NCBI GenBank assembly: GCA_963669175.1
Contig: OY769902.1
Location: 32,001 to 96,000 of the forward strand
Length of the DNA: 64,000 nt
From: a bacterium
GTDB lineage: Bacteria > Electryoneota > Electryoneia > Electryoneales > Electryoneaceae
Reading direction: 5' to 3'
Shown here: piece after piece, positions 29,608 to 40,477 of the stretch
Numbering within the stretch: the stretch's first letter is position 1
Layout of the letters: each line of letters begins with the position of its first letter
Made by a program: the position numbers and the translations under genes
The notes under the pieces: model-generated
Told to the model about the DNA's origin: nothing
What the model saw: the letters and a program-made list of their open reading frames with translations, nothing else
The model's database searches: none

Positions 29608-31968
29608 TCATCCCATCAACGCGATATCGAGCACCTCAGCGATCTCTTTTACCGGGTGGAACTCGATCTGCGCCTGCACATCTTTCGGCACATCTTCCAG
29701 GTCTTTCCGGTTATCCCAGGGGATGATCACATGCTTGATCCGGGCACGATTGGCCGCGACCACCTTTTCACGCAAACCGCCAATCGGTAACACTTTTCCG
29801 GTCAGGGTCACTTCCCCGGTCATGGCGACATCCTTGCGAACCTTCTTGTTCCGGAACAAGGACACCAGGCTGGTCGCCATCGTAACCCCTGCGGAAGGTC
29901 CATCCTTTGGCACCGCCCCTTCGGGAACATGAAGATGTAAATCCTGCTTGTCCAGAACCGGCTTTTTAAGGCCCAGTTCTTTCTGATGTCCCTTGATCCA
30001 GGAGAGTGCAATCTGGGCGGACTCTTTCATAACATCGCCCAACTGCCCGGTCACCTGTATACGTCCACGCCCCGGCGAAAGCGATGTTTCAATCTCCAGC
30101 ACCGTACCGCCGACCGTGGTATACGCCAATCCGGTCGTGACTCCTACCGAGGCTTTGCGTCGCACCCAATGCGGGGTCACCTTGTGAGGACCGATATAAT
30201 CTGCAAGCGTGTCCTGTTTAATGACGGCCTGCCCGTTGTGCTTCCCTTCGGCCACATTCAACGCCACCTTGCGACATACTTTGCCGATGGTGCGTTCGAG
30301 GTTACGAACACCCGCTTCACGAGTGTAAAAAGTGACCATGTCCTCAAGCGCTTTGTCCGTAAAACGGATATACTTCTTCGCTAAGCCATTAACATCAACC
30401 TGACGCGGGACAAGGTAGTTCCTGGCAATCTGAACCTTTTCATCCGGGATATAGCCCGACAAGCGGATGACTTCCATCCTGTCCTTCAGAGGCGGCGGGA
30501 TGTTCCCCTCATAGTTGGCCGTCGTAATGAAGAACACCTTGGACAGGTCAAACTCGACCTCGATATAATGATCTGCAAAGGTGTGGTTCTGCGCCGGGTC
30601 AAGCACCTCCAGCAAAGCCGAAGAGGGATCGCCACGGAAATCGGAAACCAGCTTGTCGATTTCATCCAGCATGAACAGAGGATTGCGAACGCCGACCTTC
30701 TTGATGTTCTGCAGGATGCGTCCCGGCATGGCGCCGACATAGGTGCGTCGATGCCCACGGATCTCCGCCTCGTCACGCACCCCGCCCAACGCCATACGGA
30801 CAAATTCACGTCCCATCGCTCGCGCAATAGACTGCCCAAGGCTGGTTTTGCCAACTCCCGGAGGACCAACCAGGCAGATGATCGGGCCGGGCGCGTCCGG
30901 CTTCAGCTTCTGAACCGCAAGGACTTCGAGAATGCGTTCTTTCACATCCTCCAGCCCGTAATGGTCTTCATCGAGAATACGACGCGCTTCCGCCAGATCC
31001 AGCTTGTCATCGCTCTCCTTGCGCCAGGGTAGGGTAACCAGATAATCGAGGTAGGTTGTAATGACAGAGTATTCGGCGGAAGAGGGATTCATTCTCGCCA
31101 GCCGTTCAATCTCTTTCTTCGCTACTTCGACAACCTCTTCCGGCAAGTCCGCTTCTTCGATTTTTCTGCGCCACTCTTCGGCCTCACCATCGCCGTCTTC
31201 ATCCTCACCCAGTTCCTTCCGAATCATTTTTAACTGCTGACGCAGGTAATATTCACGCTGAGTCTTGGATATCTCTTCTTTTGTTTTGTCCTGCAATGAA
31301 GTCCCGATCCGCAGGATTTCAAGTTCACGATCCAGCAGTTTTCGAACCAATCGCAGACGGTCGGGCACCTTTATCGCTTCAAGTACCGACTGCCGCGCTG
31401 TGTTATCGATGTTGATGTTAGCTGCGATCAGGTCAGCCAGCATCCCCGGATCTTCCACACTGTGAACCGCAGTCCTGAATTCATCCGGGAATTGCGGCGA
31501 CTGTTCGGCAACCTCATCAAAGGATTCTCGAACGGTACGAATCAAGGCTTCCAGGCGTACAGTCTTTCTGGGCTTCGCCTGTTGCATTTCGATTTCACCA
31601 ATCGGATAAGGATCGGTCTGCACCAGTCCTTTCAACCTGAACCGTCCAAGCCCCTGGCCGATGATCCGCATGGTTCCATCTGGCGCTCGCAGCATTTTCA
31701 GGATCATCATTACCGTTCCGACATCGTAGACATCCTTCATGGATTCTACTTTGGCAGAGTTGGGTTGACGCATGATGGCTGCAATCATACGATTTCCGCC
31801 ACCCTGCACGGCATCATTGACCAACTGTATGACCTGGTCATCGTTAATTGCCAGCGGAACGATAATACCCGGGAAAATGACCAGTTCGTTCGAGGTAAAA
31901 AGAGGTAGCTTTTCAGGAATACTCAACTTCCCCGGCGCCACGACTTCAATGTTGTCCAAATCGGCCAT
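29608..31968 (-). CDS. lon: ATP-dependent Lon protease
   Basis: DEDHYGLEDVKERI, GPPGVGKT, LDEIDK, PKDGPSAG, IGGLREK. Confidence 0.98.
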   Translation of the reverse strand: MADLDNIEVVAPGKLSIPEKLPLFTSNELVIFPGIIVPLAINDDQVIQLVNDAVQGGGNRMIAAIMRQPNSAKVESMKDVYDVGTVMMILKMLRAPDGTMRIIGQGLGRFRLKGLVQTDPYPIGEIEMQQAKPRKTVRLEALIRTVRESFDEVAEQSPQFPDEFRTAVHSVEDPGMLADLIAANINIDNTARQSVLEAIKVPDRLRLVRKLLDRELEILRIGTSLQDKTKEEISKTQREYYLRQQLKMIRKELGEDEDGDGEAEEWRRKIEEADLPEEVVEVAKKEIERLARMNPSSAEYSVITTYLDYLVTLPWRKESDDKLDLAEARRILDEDHYGLEDVKERILEVLAVQKLKPDAPGPIICLVGPPGVGKTSLGQSIARAMGREFVRMALGGVRDEAEIRGHRRTYVGAMPGRILQNIKKVGVRNPLFMLDEIDKLVSDFRGDPSSALLEVLDPAQNHTFADHYIEVEFDLSKVFFITTANYEGNIPPPLKDRMEVIRLSGYIPDEKVQIARNYLVPRQVDVNGLAKKYIRFTDKALEDMVTFYTREAGVRNLERTIGKVCRKVALNVAEGKHNGQAVIKQDTLADYIGPHKVTPHWVRRKASVGVTTGLAYTTVGGTVLEIETSLSPGRGRIQVTGQLGDVMKESAQIALSWIKGHQKELGLKKPVLDKQDLHLHVPEGAVPKDGPSAGVTMATSLVSLFRNKKVRKDVAMTGEVTLTGKVLPIGGLREKVVAANRARIKHVIIPWDNRKDLEDVPKDVQAQIEFHPVKEIAEVLDIALMG

Positions 31969-31971
31969 AGG

Positions 31972-32430
31972 TTATCCCTGTTGTATGTGTATTCTTCTTT
32001 TGATCTTCACTTTGCTGGGGCGTTTTTCGAGATTTACGGTCAGCATGCCGTTTCGATATTCAGCGCTTACAGTATCCGCACACACAACCGCAGGTAATCG
32101 GAATGTCCGCTCAAAGGGACCGTACGTTACTTCCATAAGGTGATACTGCCTGCGGGGTGCATCCTTTTCCTGGCGGGCGCCTTTGAGAATCAGCAAATCA
32201 CGCTGGAGGGTTAATTCTACATCTTTGACTGAAATACCGGAAATGTCTATCACCAGTACAATGTGAGTTTCGGTTTCAAACATGTCAGCGGCTGGCCGCC
32301 ATCCCTCATCGCCTGGCATCATGGCCGGACGCAACCCGCCAAAGGCGAACTCAAAATAGCTGTCCAGATCACCGAACTGCCCTTTATCCGGTGACAGGAT
32401 TTCCACTTTCTTACTGGCCGTGTCCATCAT
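31972..32430 (-). CDS. Hsp20/alpha-crystallin small heat shock protein
   Basis: WRPAADMFET, EVTYGPFERTFRLP, AEYRNGMLTVNLEK; directly upstream of lon. Confidence 0.92.
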   Translation of the reverse strand: MMDTASKKVEILSPDKGQFGDLDSYFEFAFGGLRPAMMPGDEGWRPAADMFETETHIVLVIDISGISVKDVELTLQRDLLILKGARQEKDAPRRQYHLMEVTYGPFERTFRLPAVVCADTVSAEYRNGMLTVNLEKRPSKVKIKRRIHIQQG

Positions 32431-32556
32431 CCACTCCCCTCTTTCCAGGTGGATCGTTTCGCTCCTGCAAAATAATACGTCCAATCAGCAGCAGATGTTT
32501 CTCGATTTCAGCATACAAACTACGCTATCAGAGCCAGAATCACTATGGTTCAGCAT

Positions 32557-32579
32557 AAAAAACCCGGCTTTTGCCGGGT
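32557..32579 (-). terminator. Rho-independent terminator after dksA
   Basis: ACCCGGC-tttt-GCCGGGT followed by a T run on the minus strand. Confidence 0.7.
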
Positions 32580-32676
32580 AGTAGAATCTATATCGAAAAA
32601 AGAATGTAGCTCACCTGAAGAACCGATAAACAAACGTGTTCACCGGTCATGGAACATGGGCTGTACCTGTAAATGG

Positions 32677-33129
32677 TTACCGTCCAGTTTCTTCACGCGC
32701 ACGCTTGGCCTCGATTGAAAGGGTCGCATGGGGCACTGCTTCCAGCCGCTTAAACTGGATGGGCCGTCCTGTATCACGGCAATACCCATAAGTCCCGTTC
32801 TTCATCCTGGACAAAGCGGCATTCAAGTGTTGCAGGAACTTGCGCTCCCGCTGAATCATCATGAAAAGCTTCTCACGTTCCTGCGCATCGGTGCCATGCT
32901 CAGCCATATGCAACGAATAGGTTGAATTGTCACCGGTGTAGTCGCCAACCGTCTGCAATGCTGCATCTTCCAGTGATGCAAGATTGGCTTCTGTCGTGGA
33001 GATCTTTTCCAGGATGAGATTACGGAAATAGGGCATATCCTCAGGCGTATACCTGCGGACGCCATCATCCGGCACATCCTGCGCCTTGTCCTTTGCCGGC
33101 TCGTGCGGTTTCTTCTTCTTGTCCGTCAC
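32677..33129 (-). CDS. dksA: TraR/DksA family transcriptional regulator (single-Cys variant)
   Basis: HMAEHGTDAQERE...ALSRMKNGTYGYCRDTGRPIQFKRLEAVPHATLSIEAK. Confidence 0.88.
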   Translation of the reverse strand: MTDKKKKPHEPAKDKAQDVPDDGVRRYTPEDMPYFRNLILEKISTTEANLASLEDAALQTVGDYTGDNSTYSLHMAEHGTDAQEREKLFMMIQRERKFLQHLNAALSRMKNGTYGYCRDTGRPIQFKRLEAVPHATLSIEAKRAREETGR

Positions 33130-33307
33130 AACTGCCTCACTGCTTCGTAACCGGGGTTACCCCCCTGAATGTGTGTGCAAGCACGCAGTAAGATAATGTG
33201 TTTCATACCCGGAAACCAGATGTGTCAACTCGTCTATACATTGCAAAAAATGATAGTGAGACCGTATAAACCCCGGCTAATTAAATGAAATTCCGCTCAT
33301 TACAGGA

Positions 33308-34078
33308 TTACGCCTTTTCTGCATTCTCCTCCTGTTCAGGGGGGCTAACGCCATGAAGGTCCAGAATCTTCACCCCCTCTGCATAGTCTATTTCTTTCAG
33401 CTCACGTAAGGCCAGCATTTTATCAACAAGCAATTTCATGCGCTTTATCTGGCTGCGAACTTTGTCATGCTGCAGCGCCTGCAGATCCGAATCCTCTTTC
33501 TTCATGTCCGCAAGATCTACGGCCCCCTGCATGATCGCCAGGGGATTGTTAAACTCATGCGCTATAGTCATTGCCAACTGCGCCACAGTGGACAGTTGCT
33601 GAGCCTGGATCTCCATTTTGATTGACCGCTGAAGACGTAACTGCGTTCGCACCCTTGCCATCAATTCAATAGCCTTGAAAGGTTTGGTGATATAATCTAC
33701 AGCGCCTATCTCGAAACCGGCCACAACATCATCACTTTCTGTCTTGGCCGTGAGAAAGATTACCGGGATTGAAGCAGTCTCTTCGTCCTCCTTCAGCCGT
33801 TTGCAGACAGTCATACCATCAATCCCGGGCATCATGATGTCCAGGAGGATCAAGTCCGGATTGGCCTTTTTCACCAGGTTCAGCGCCTGCTCGCCATCTG
33901 TCGCGAAGGAAACCCGGCATCCCTCCTTATCCAGTACGGTTCCGAGCACCTGTAAATTCTGAGGCGTGTCATCGACGATAAGAATCTTCGCCCCCTTTGT
34001 AGACTCACAGGTATCCGGTATAGTGAAATCACTGACATTCACGTCAGTGTCGCCAGCCGAGGTGTTTTTATCTGTCAT
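33308..34078 (-). CDS. Response regulator receiver fused to HisKA, no HATPase
   Basis: ILIVDDTPQN...LLDIMMPGIDG...DYITKPF; AHEFNNPL; ORF ends ~60 aa later. Confidence 0.88.
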   Translation of the reverse strand: MTDKNTSAGDTDVNVSDFTIPDTCESTKGAKILIVDDTPQNLQVLGTVLDKEGCRVSFATDGEQALNLVKKANPDLILLDIMMPGIDGMTVCKRLKEDEETASIPVIFLTAKTESDDVVAGFEIGAVDYITKPFKAIELMARVRTQLRLQRSIKMEIQAQQLSTVAQLAMTIAHEFNNPLAIMQGAVDLADMKKEDSDLQALQHDKVRSQIKRMKLLVDKMLALRELKEIDYAEGVKILDLHGVSPPEQEENAEKA

Positions 34079-37000
34079 CGGATTGTCTCCTGACTTCCTC
34101 CAGAATATCACCGAAGTAAGCTAAGGTACCCGGTAATCGTTTGACATCAAATTGTGAAGCCTGTTGATGCAAAGTAGTAGCCCATTGGGTTAATGCCTTA
34201 TGCTTATTACGATCCCCGATATCCATGAGATCCTGTGCAAAGGTCTTAATTTCATCAACATATAAAGTTTCCTGTAACTCTTTCCACCTCTCCTCAAGAG
34301 CAATGTCTTTGAGTTCATCCAGTTCCTGCCAGTTGCTGTCTTCAAGACCCAATCCCGTTTTTTCAATTTCCTGACCAGTATCCTTAGTTAGCATTGTTGC
34401 ATCATCATATGGCAGAAGCCGGGCCAATTCCTTCACAAAATCTTCCAGCGAGGTCGGCTTTTTCAGGTACCCGCTATAGCCTGCGCTGAGCATTTTGTCA
34501 GCAGTGCCTTTCATGGCAGATGCAGTCAGCGAAATCACCGGTATTTTGGAAAGATCCTTGTGTGCCTTCAGAATTTTGATTGTCTCCATACCGTCCAGCA
34601 CCGGCATGACCATATCCAGCAATATGATATCTGGTTTGTGCTTGCGTGCCATTTCAATGCCTTCACGCCCATTCTCCGCCTCTATACACGTGAGTTTCAA
34701 CCGATCCAGGTAAATTCGCGCAAGACTGCGGTTAACCGGGGAATCATCAACCACCAGAACCGTAGCTGGCCTGAATCGTATATTAGTGACAGCAACTTCT
34801 TTTATTGTTGATTCCTTTTCTTTGAGTTTTTTCGCTTTCACCTTTTTAAACATCAGAATAAAATGGCTGCCTTTCCCTTTTTCACTTTCAACTTTTATCG
34901 ATCCACCCATCATTTCCACTAGTCGTTGCGTGATAGTCAACCCCAGCCCGGTCCCGCCAAACTCCGCATTCCTTTGGCCTTTCTGTTGTACAAACGCATT
35001 AAAAATTGTACTCACCTGGTCTTCAGGGATTCCTATCCCGGTGTCGCTGACCTTGATTTTAATATCCACACTCTGCGGTTGAGATCGGTTTTTCCTGGCG
35101 TCCAGAACAACTCGCACTTCTCCCTTTTTTGTAAACTTGATTGCATTACCGACAAGATTGATCAGGACTTGACGGAACCTGACCTCATCACCAACAATAG
35201 CCTCAGGCACAGCGTCTGAAATATCGACAGAAAACGCCAGTTTCTTTTCACGGGCCTTCAAGTCAAACATCTGTTGAATTTCACGCCCCATGACAGACAA
35301 TGAAAATTCCGAAGGTTGCAATTCAAGTTTGCCCGCTTCAATTTTCGAGAGATCCAGAATATCGTCGATCAGTTTCAGAAGGGTCTGGGCGCTGGAAGAG
35401 ATGGTGCCAATGTATTCCAATTGACGCGCATCGGTAACTTCCTGTCCAAGTATATCAGAGAAGCCGAGAATCGCATTCATGGGTGTGCGAATCTCGTGGC
35501 TGACATTCGCAAGAAACTGGGATTTCATCCGGTCTGCTTCTTCAGCGCGCTGTTTCGCTTCTCGCAACTGTCGCGCTACTTCCCGGGATTCTGTTATATC
35601 CATTTGAATTCCGGCCATCTGTACCGGTTTCCCCTCTTCATCACGAGCCACTACTTTCCCCGCATTGAAGATCCAGATGTAATGCCCATTCTTGTGTTTC
35701 AGTCGATATTCCATCTCATAGATCTCGGTGTCGCCCTGAAGGTGTTTCTGAGTCGCTTCGAGAACCTGGCCGATATCATCCGGATGAACACGCTCCGACC
35801 AGGAGTCCACATCAAAAGCTTTCTCTTCGGGTGTGTAGCCCAGCATTTGTAAAAAACGCTCGTCATAGAGTGTAGAATTTGATTCGATATTCCATTCCCA
35901 TAATCCCAACTCAGCGCCTTCCAGCGCTGCGAAAAGCCGTTCTCGTTGTTTATCTGCCTCTCGCCGCATCTCCAGCAGTTCAGTGATATCCTGCGCGGTG
36001 CCACGATACCCAACAAGCTTGCCAAACCGGTCGAACATCGGTTCACCGGATACACGCTGCCATGTAATTCGACCATCCGGCCAGACAATCTTATGCTCAA
36101 GATTTTTAAACGAGATCCCTTTGTAGCCGATTCGCAAGAACTCGTCCTGCAAACGCTCGACCTCTTCCTTTGGCATGAAATCAAATACTGTTTTCCCTAT
36201 TACTTCCTCTTTCTTTCGCCCCAGGATGGTCTCAATCCTGTCTGATACAAACGTATATAGCCCCTCGGAATCCATCTCCCAGAAGTATTCTCCAGCGGCA
36301 AAGGCAACATCTCGAAACCTTTTTTCGCTTTCACGCAACTCGTTTTCGATTTTAACCTGATCCGTAATATCCGCAGCCACCAACAAAACAGCTACCTGTC
36401 CAAGGTCCAGCGGAACTGCCGAATACTTGATCCATTGAATGGGATCGTCTTCAACCTGAACACCCAGGATACGCCCCTCAACAGCTTTACCAGTCTTTAG
36501 AACAATTGCACTGGACAGATCTTCCGGAAGAACACGTTGTCCTTCACGATCATAGTAGTTCAGGTTCTCAGGATGATAACTGCCCTCAGGACCGGGAGGT
36601 TCTTTGAGTCCAAGCAATTCCATGCCTTTCTTATTCGCATCAATGATTCTTCCATCTTTGCAAATAACTGCATAACCGATTGGTGAAGATTCAAAGATGG
36701 TTTTATAAATCTGCTGTTGAGTCTCGTAGGCCTGAACTGTGGCTTGAGCTTCCTTTTTGCTTCGCCAGTCGCGAAGGGTTCGCCTTAGTGTGTGCCCCAG
36801 TACCCGTAAAGTCTGCTCGGATTTCGGAATATAATCCATGGCGCCTTTTTTCATGATTTCCACGGCTGTTTTTTCATCGCCATGGCCAGTCATAACAATG
36901 AAAGGACAAGCCGAATTTTCCGGATCAACAGGCAGTAATTCTGTCCCCTGCCCATCGCCCAGGTACAAATCCGTTACAACAATATCCGGTGATTTATGTT

Positions 37001-37145
37001 CAAGAGCGAAACGCGCCTGTTTCAGGGAGTGAACCCAGGTAACCTGCCAGGCATCATCATCCTTTTCAAGAGTGCTCTGCACAATCTGGGCATGCTGCTT
37101 GTCATCTTCAACCAGCAGAACATTGACAGACTTCGCTTTCCCCAT
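34068..37145 (-). CDS. Hybrid sensor histidine kinase (REC-PAS-PAS-PAS-HisKA-HATPase-REC)
   Basis: LVEDD...TDLYL; PAS/PAC motifs (RVHPDD, EYRLKHKNG); SHEIRTPMN; NLVGNAIKFT; DTGIGI; GGTGLGL; LDMVMP. Confidence 0.93.
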   Translation of the reverse strand: MGKAKSVNVLLVEDDKQHAQIVQSTLEKDDDAWQVTWVHSLKQARFALEHKSPDIVVTDLYLGDGQGTELLPVDPENSACPFIVMTGHGDEKTAVEIMKKGAMDYIPKSEQTLRVLGHTLRRTLRDWRSKKEAQATVQAYETQQQIYKTIFESSPIGYAVICKDGRIIDANKKGMELLGLKEPPGPEGSYHPENLNYYDREGQRVLPEDLSSAIVLKTGKAVEGRILGVQVEDDPIQWIKYSAVPLDLGQVAVLLVAADITDQVKIENELRESEKRFRDVAFAAGEYFWEMDSEGLYTFVSDRIETILGRKKEEVIGKTVFDFMPKEEVERLQDEFLRIGYKGISFKNLEHKIVWPDGRITWQRVSGEPMFDRFGKLVGYRGTAQDITELLEMRREADKQRERLFAALEGAELGLWEWNIESNSTLYDERFLQMLGYTPEEKAFDVDSWSERVHPDDIGQVLEATQKHLQGDTEIYEMEYRLKHKNGHYIWIFNAGKVVARDEEGKPVQMAGIQMDITESREVARQLREAKQRAEEADRMKSQFLANVSHEIRTPMNAILGFSDILGQEVTDARQLEYIGTISSSAQTLLKLIDDILDLSKIEAGKLELQPSEFSLSVMGREIQQMFDLKAREKKLAFSVDISDAVPEAIVGDEVRFRQVLINLVGNAIKFTKKGEVRVVLDARKNRSQPQSVDIKIKVSDTGIGIPEDQVSTIFNAFVQQKGQRNAEFGGTGLGLTITQRLVEMMGGSIKVESEKGKGSHFILMFKKVKAKKLKEKESTIKEVAVTNIRFRPATVLVVDDSPVNRSLARIYLDRLKLTCIEAENGREGIEMARKHKPDIILLDMVMPVLDGMETIKILKAHKDLSKIPVISLTASAMKGTADKMLSAGYSGYLKKPTSLEDFVKELARLLPYDDATMLTKDTGQEIEKTGLGLEDSNWQELDELKDIALEERWKELQETLYVDEIKTFAQDLMDIGDRNKHKALTQWATTLHQQASQFDVKRLPGTLAYFGDILEEVRRQSDDR

Positions 37146-37285
37146 CGCTCCCTCCGGTTCACTACCAACAAGCATGTATTAGTAGTTGACACAGAATATT
37201 TCTATCAGCAATGACCATACCGATCATATAAAACAAGATATATTGCTGTTCTCGATTTTATTCCGTCATAATGGAGATTGCCGGG

Positions 37286-37472
37286 AAAAGGGGACGGGAT
37301 CCTTTTCCTCGCGCGCATATGAAACACTCTCGCCGAACTTGTGGAAAAGGAAACTGTACCCTTTTCCGTGTACGTCCTGCCTGCTCTCAAGAAAAAGGGT
37401 ACAGCCACCTTTCCCGGTCCATGCTCACAGCGGGAAGGCTTTGCCCAAGGGAAAGGAAACTGTCCCCTTTTT
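37286..37472. repeat. Two tandem inverted REP-like doublets (~82 bp each), AAAAGGG(G/T)AC family
   Basis: AAAAGGGGACGGGATCCTTTTCC/GGAAAAGGAAACTGTACCCTTTT and AAAAAGGGTACAGCCACCTTTCCC/GGGAAAGGAAACTGTCCCCTTTTT. Confidence 0.75.
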
Positions 37473-37880
37473 CCATATCCTTATCCTTTATTCCAACCAT
37501 ATGGTTGACCTTTCACTGATCTGGCACATGACCACATGACGGAATAATAATGGGAATCGCTATAGCAATCAAATCATCATTTGCAGTATAAAAATGATAC
37601 TAATTCAATGTGACGCGGGTCACATTATTGGATTCTTGGGTTTCACCAGGCTCCATCGAGCATATGAAAAATCAGACTCGCTTGCTTTTTTATTATCAAT
37701 TACACACAATCGTCAACACCGCAATGCGCTTAAATACAACCACTTAAAACCAGAACAAGCAGAATTAGCCATGTGATTATATACTAAACTTAACCGCATC
37801 TTTCCCCGGCCAGAGTCAACTATCCGGAATCACAGGAGCTTTCCTGCCTACAAGGTACTTTTTACGCAGACAAAAAACGC

Positions 37881-37973
37881 GGGTTGTTCGGCCCCCTGTT
37901 CGAGAAAAGAGACTTCCGCCCCGAACAACCCAATCGCGAGCAGGGGTGACTGGAAGATAGCGAGGAGGCTATC
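37881..37973 (+). promoter_or_regulatory. Structured 5' leader: overlapping stems plus an RBS-containing hairpin
   Basis: 11-bp stem 37881-91/37921-31; 10-bp stem 37893-902/37937-46; GATAGC-GAGGAG-GCTATC directly before the ATG. Confidence 0.4.
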
Positions 37974-40463
37974 ATGAGCGAATACTCCCGCTTTCGGTTC
38001 CTGGACCCGTTTATCTGGTTCATCGCAGTACTGTTTATTCTGTTGCTGGCATTCGCAGGTGTTGTCTGTGCCCAGCCCAACATTCCACAAGCCACCCCGG
38101 TCGTCGGAGCTGAGATTCTCCAGATCGAAACCATGGCTCTCAGCGGCGCCGAAACTCGAATTGTCGTATCCACTTTCAGCCCAAATTCCCTGATGTACGC
38201 GGATATGGACCACAGTGTCAGCCCGCCAACCCCAACCGCATGGCAGGCTGTTCCGGATATGGACATGAATGCAGGTTACGGCTATGATGTCGTGGGATTA
38301 GCCTGTGATGGAGTTAGTGGTTTCATTTACGCTTCCCACAATGATTCCGGCCTGGTTGGACTGGATTGCACCCCCGGATCCCTTTTCAACATTGATCCAC
38401 GGGAAGCGTTGGATGTGGAAGTGTATGACTCACACCTCTACTATGTAATCGCTGACACGGCAACGACCAGCCTGTACCTGTACTGGCGAACGATCAACCC
38501 AAGTGGAACGGTCAACTCGCCCGACAGCCTGCTCGTTTCATCGTCCTTTGTAAAAGATGGCATGCCGCCGAATATCATGGTCAGCCCGAGCACGCAGCAG
38601 GTCTATGTCTTCATTCAAGGCACGCCACCTGCACTCTATCGCACCTCTGATCTGTACAACAGTCTGAGCAGCGCTTCGACAACTTTAACCGGCTTGCCCT
38701 TGACCGATGTAGCAGCTACCGGAAATATATACGCTTACTCCGGTATTGCCCCGGATGGACGTATCATTCTGGCAGGCTATTCTTTCCTGGCCAATCCACC
38801 TTACGCCTATGTAGCCTATTCGGATGACGAAGGCGATCCCTGGACTACATACGATGTCCCCACCCAGCACTCCAGCTTCGGCAACGATATCGCCTTCTCC
38901 GGCAACAGCAGTGCATACCATGTATACATCGGCAGGATGGTCAGCGACGCAGAAGGCACCAGTGGTTCCTGGTCATGGATGCCGACGACTACCAGCGGCG
39001 CAGCGCCACGCAATAGCTTTGTAGGCGTTGATCCCAACGACAACAACTATATCTATATCCGCACCAATTGGGGTATGGCTTATTCGGATACACGCGGCAA
39101 TCCGCTCTATGACATGAACGACGACATGTACGCCCTGCAGGTGAATGATTTCGACCAGGAATACATTAAGGAAGACAGTTGGGTGGCTACCCTTTCCGGC
39201 ATCTGGTATGTGGAAGACTATCAGACCAGCCCGGTCTGGACTGCCCACCCAATCTGGCCCGGCGGTGACACACGCCCCTACTACTCTGTCGCAACGACTG
39301 TCACGGCGGATACTGTCTATGCCGGGAACTCGGGCGTGATCTACCGATACGACACCTCCAGCGGTCCGGTCAGCGACATGGCCTTTACCCAGCTTTTTGA
39401 TGGTCACACCTATTACGACATGTACCACGGCGAAACCTGCATTGCCTATGACTCCACCTCGTCTATCGGTGGCATCGAACGAATCGCTGTTGGTTTCAAC
39501 GACATGTCTGTCCTGGGCGACACGCTGCCTCGTGGAGGGATCATAGTCGGCACCAACAGCGGCGGCTGGAACTGGCTGGAAATCACTGGCGGCGCTATTC
39601 CTTCAGACGGTGCAGACATCAACGATATCGTGGTCGTAGATGAAAGCGGCGTCAGTGTGATCTATGCTGCCACTAATTATGAGATGAACGCTTTCGGCAC
39701 GACACGTTCCATCTACCGTGTAGAAGAACTGCCCGGTGGCGGCTGGGACGCTCCATCCCAGGACATGCTGAATGCGTACCAGAATATCAGCGCCAGCATC
39801 TTTGACCTGGAAGTGGCCCACAACGGTGACCTGTACGCCTGCGGCACCGACGCCGGCGGCAATCACCCGGTAATCTATCAGAAGGTCGCCGGTGGTTTGC
39901 AGTGGAACAGCCTTACGCTTACCCTTACCGGTCTGCCTTCAGATGGCATTGCCCACGCTGTCACGTACGACAATACCCTGGGTGACCTGTACATCGCGGT
40001 CAACCATGAAGTGTATGTACTGACCAGCGGCGCTTCATCCTGGAGCCTGTATTCTTCCTACCCGGTCGGCACCGATATACAGTTCATGTACTACGACGAG
40101 CTGATGGTCGGAACCGGAACCGGCTTGTACGCACACATTCCAGACACGGATGCGGAAGAACGGAACACCGAGAACCTGCTGCCCGAAACTTTCGAACTGG
40201 GTCAGCCTTATCCCAACCCGTTCAACGCGACCATGGCCGTAGAACTGACCCTTCCAAGGGCAACCGAAGTGCATGCTGAAGTTTATAACGTCAATGGACG
40301 ACTGGTGACAACGCTTGTCAATCAGGGCCTTGCCGCAGGAAACCACCGCCTGGTATGGCATGGCAATACGGATGCTGGCATCACCGCATCATCCGGAATG
40401 TATTTCCTGAAAGTCAATGTCGGTGATACGGTGCAGATGAGAAGAATGACGCTGATCAAATAG
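37974..40463 (+). CDS. Secreted beta-propeller-like protein with T9SS/FlgD-type C-terminal domain
   Basis: Hydrophobic signal region; Asp-box-like YSDDEGDPW; PYPNPFN...VYNVNGRLV...SSGMYFLKV. Confidence 0.82.
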   Translation: MSEYSRFRFLDPFIWFIAVLFILLLAFAGVVCAQPNIPQATPVVGAEILQIETMALSGAETRIVVSTFSPNSLMYADMDHSVSPPTPTAWQAVPDMDMNAGYGYDVVGLACDGVSGFIYASHNDSGLVGLDCTPGSLFNIDPREALDVEVYDSHLYYVIADTATTSLYLYWRTINPSGTVNSPDSLLVSSSFVKDGMPPNIMVSPSTQQVYVFIQGTPPALYRTSDLYNSLSSASTTLTGLPLTDVAATGNIYAYSGIAPDGRIILAGYSFLANPPYAYVAYSDDEGDPWTTYDVPTQHSSFGNDIAFSGNSSAYHVYIGRMVSDAEGTSGSWSWMPTTTSGAAPRNSFVGVDPNDNNYIYIRTNWGMAYSDTRGNPLYDMNDDMYALQVNDFDQEYIKEDSWVATLSGIWYVEDYQTSPVWTAHPIWPGGDTRPYYSVATTVTADTVYAGNSGVIYRYDTSSGPVSDMAFTQLFDGHTYYDMYHGETCIAYDSTSSIGGIERIAVGFNDMSVLGDTLPRGGIIVGTNSGGWNWLEITGGAIPSDGADINDIVVVDESGVSVIYAATNYEMNAFGTTRSIYRVEELPGGGWDAPSQDMLNAYQNISASIFDLEVAHNGDLYACGTDAGGNHPVIYQKVAGGLQWNSLTLTLTGLPSDGIAHAVTYDNTLGDLYIAVNHEVYVLTSGASSWSLYSSYPVGTDIQFMYYDELMVGTGTGLYAHIPDTDAEERNTENLLPETFELGQPYPNPFNATMAVELTLPRATEVHAEVYNVNGRLVTTLVNQGLAAGNHRLVWHGNTDAGITASSGMYFLKVNVGDTVQMRRMTLIK

Positions 40464-40477
40464 TACAAAACACATTT

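Noticed and set aside
32677-33129. DksA lacking the 4-Cys zinc finger
   Set aside because: Cys-poor DksA/TraR variants are already known.
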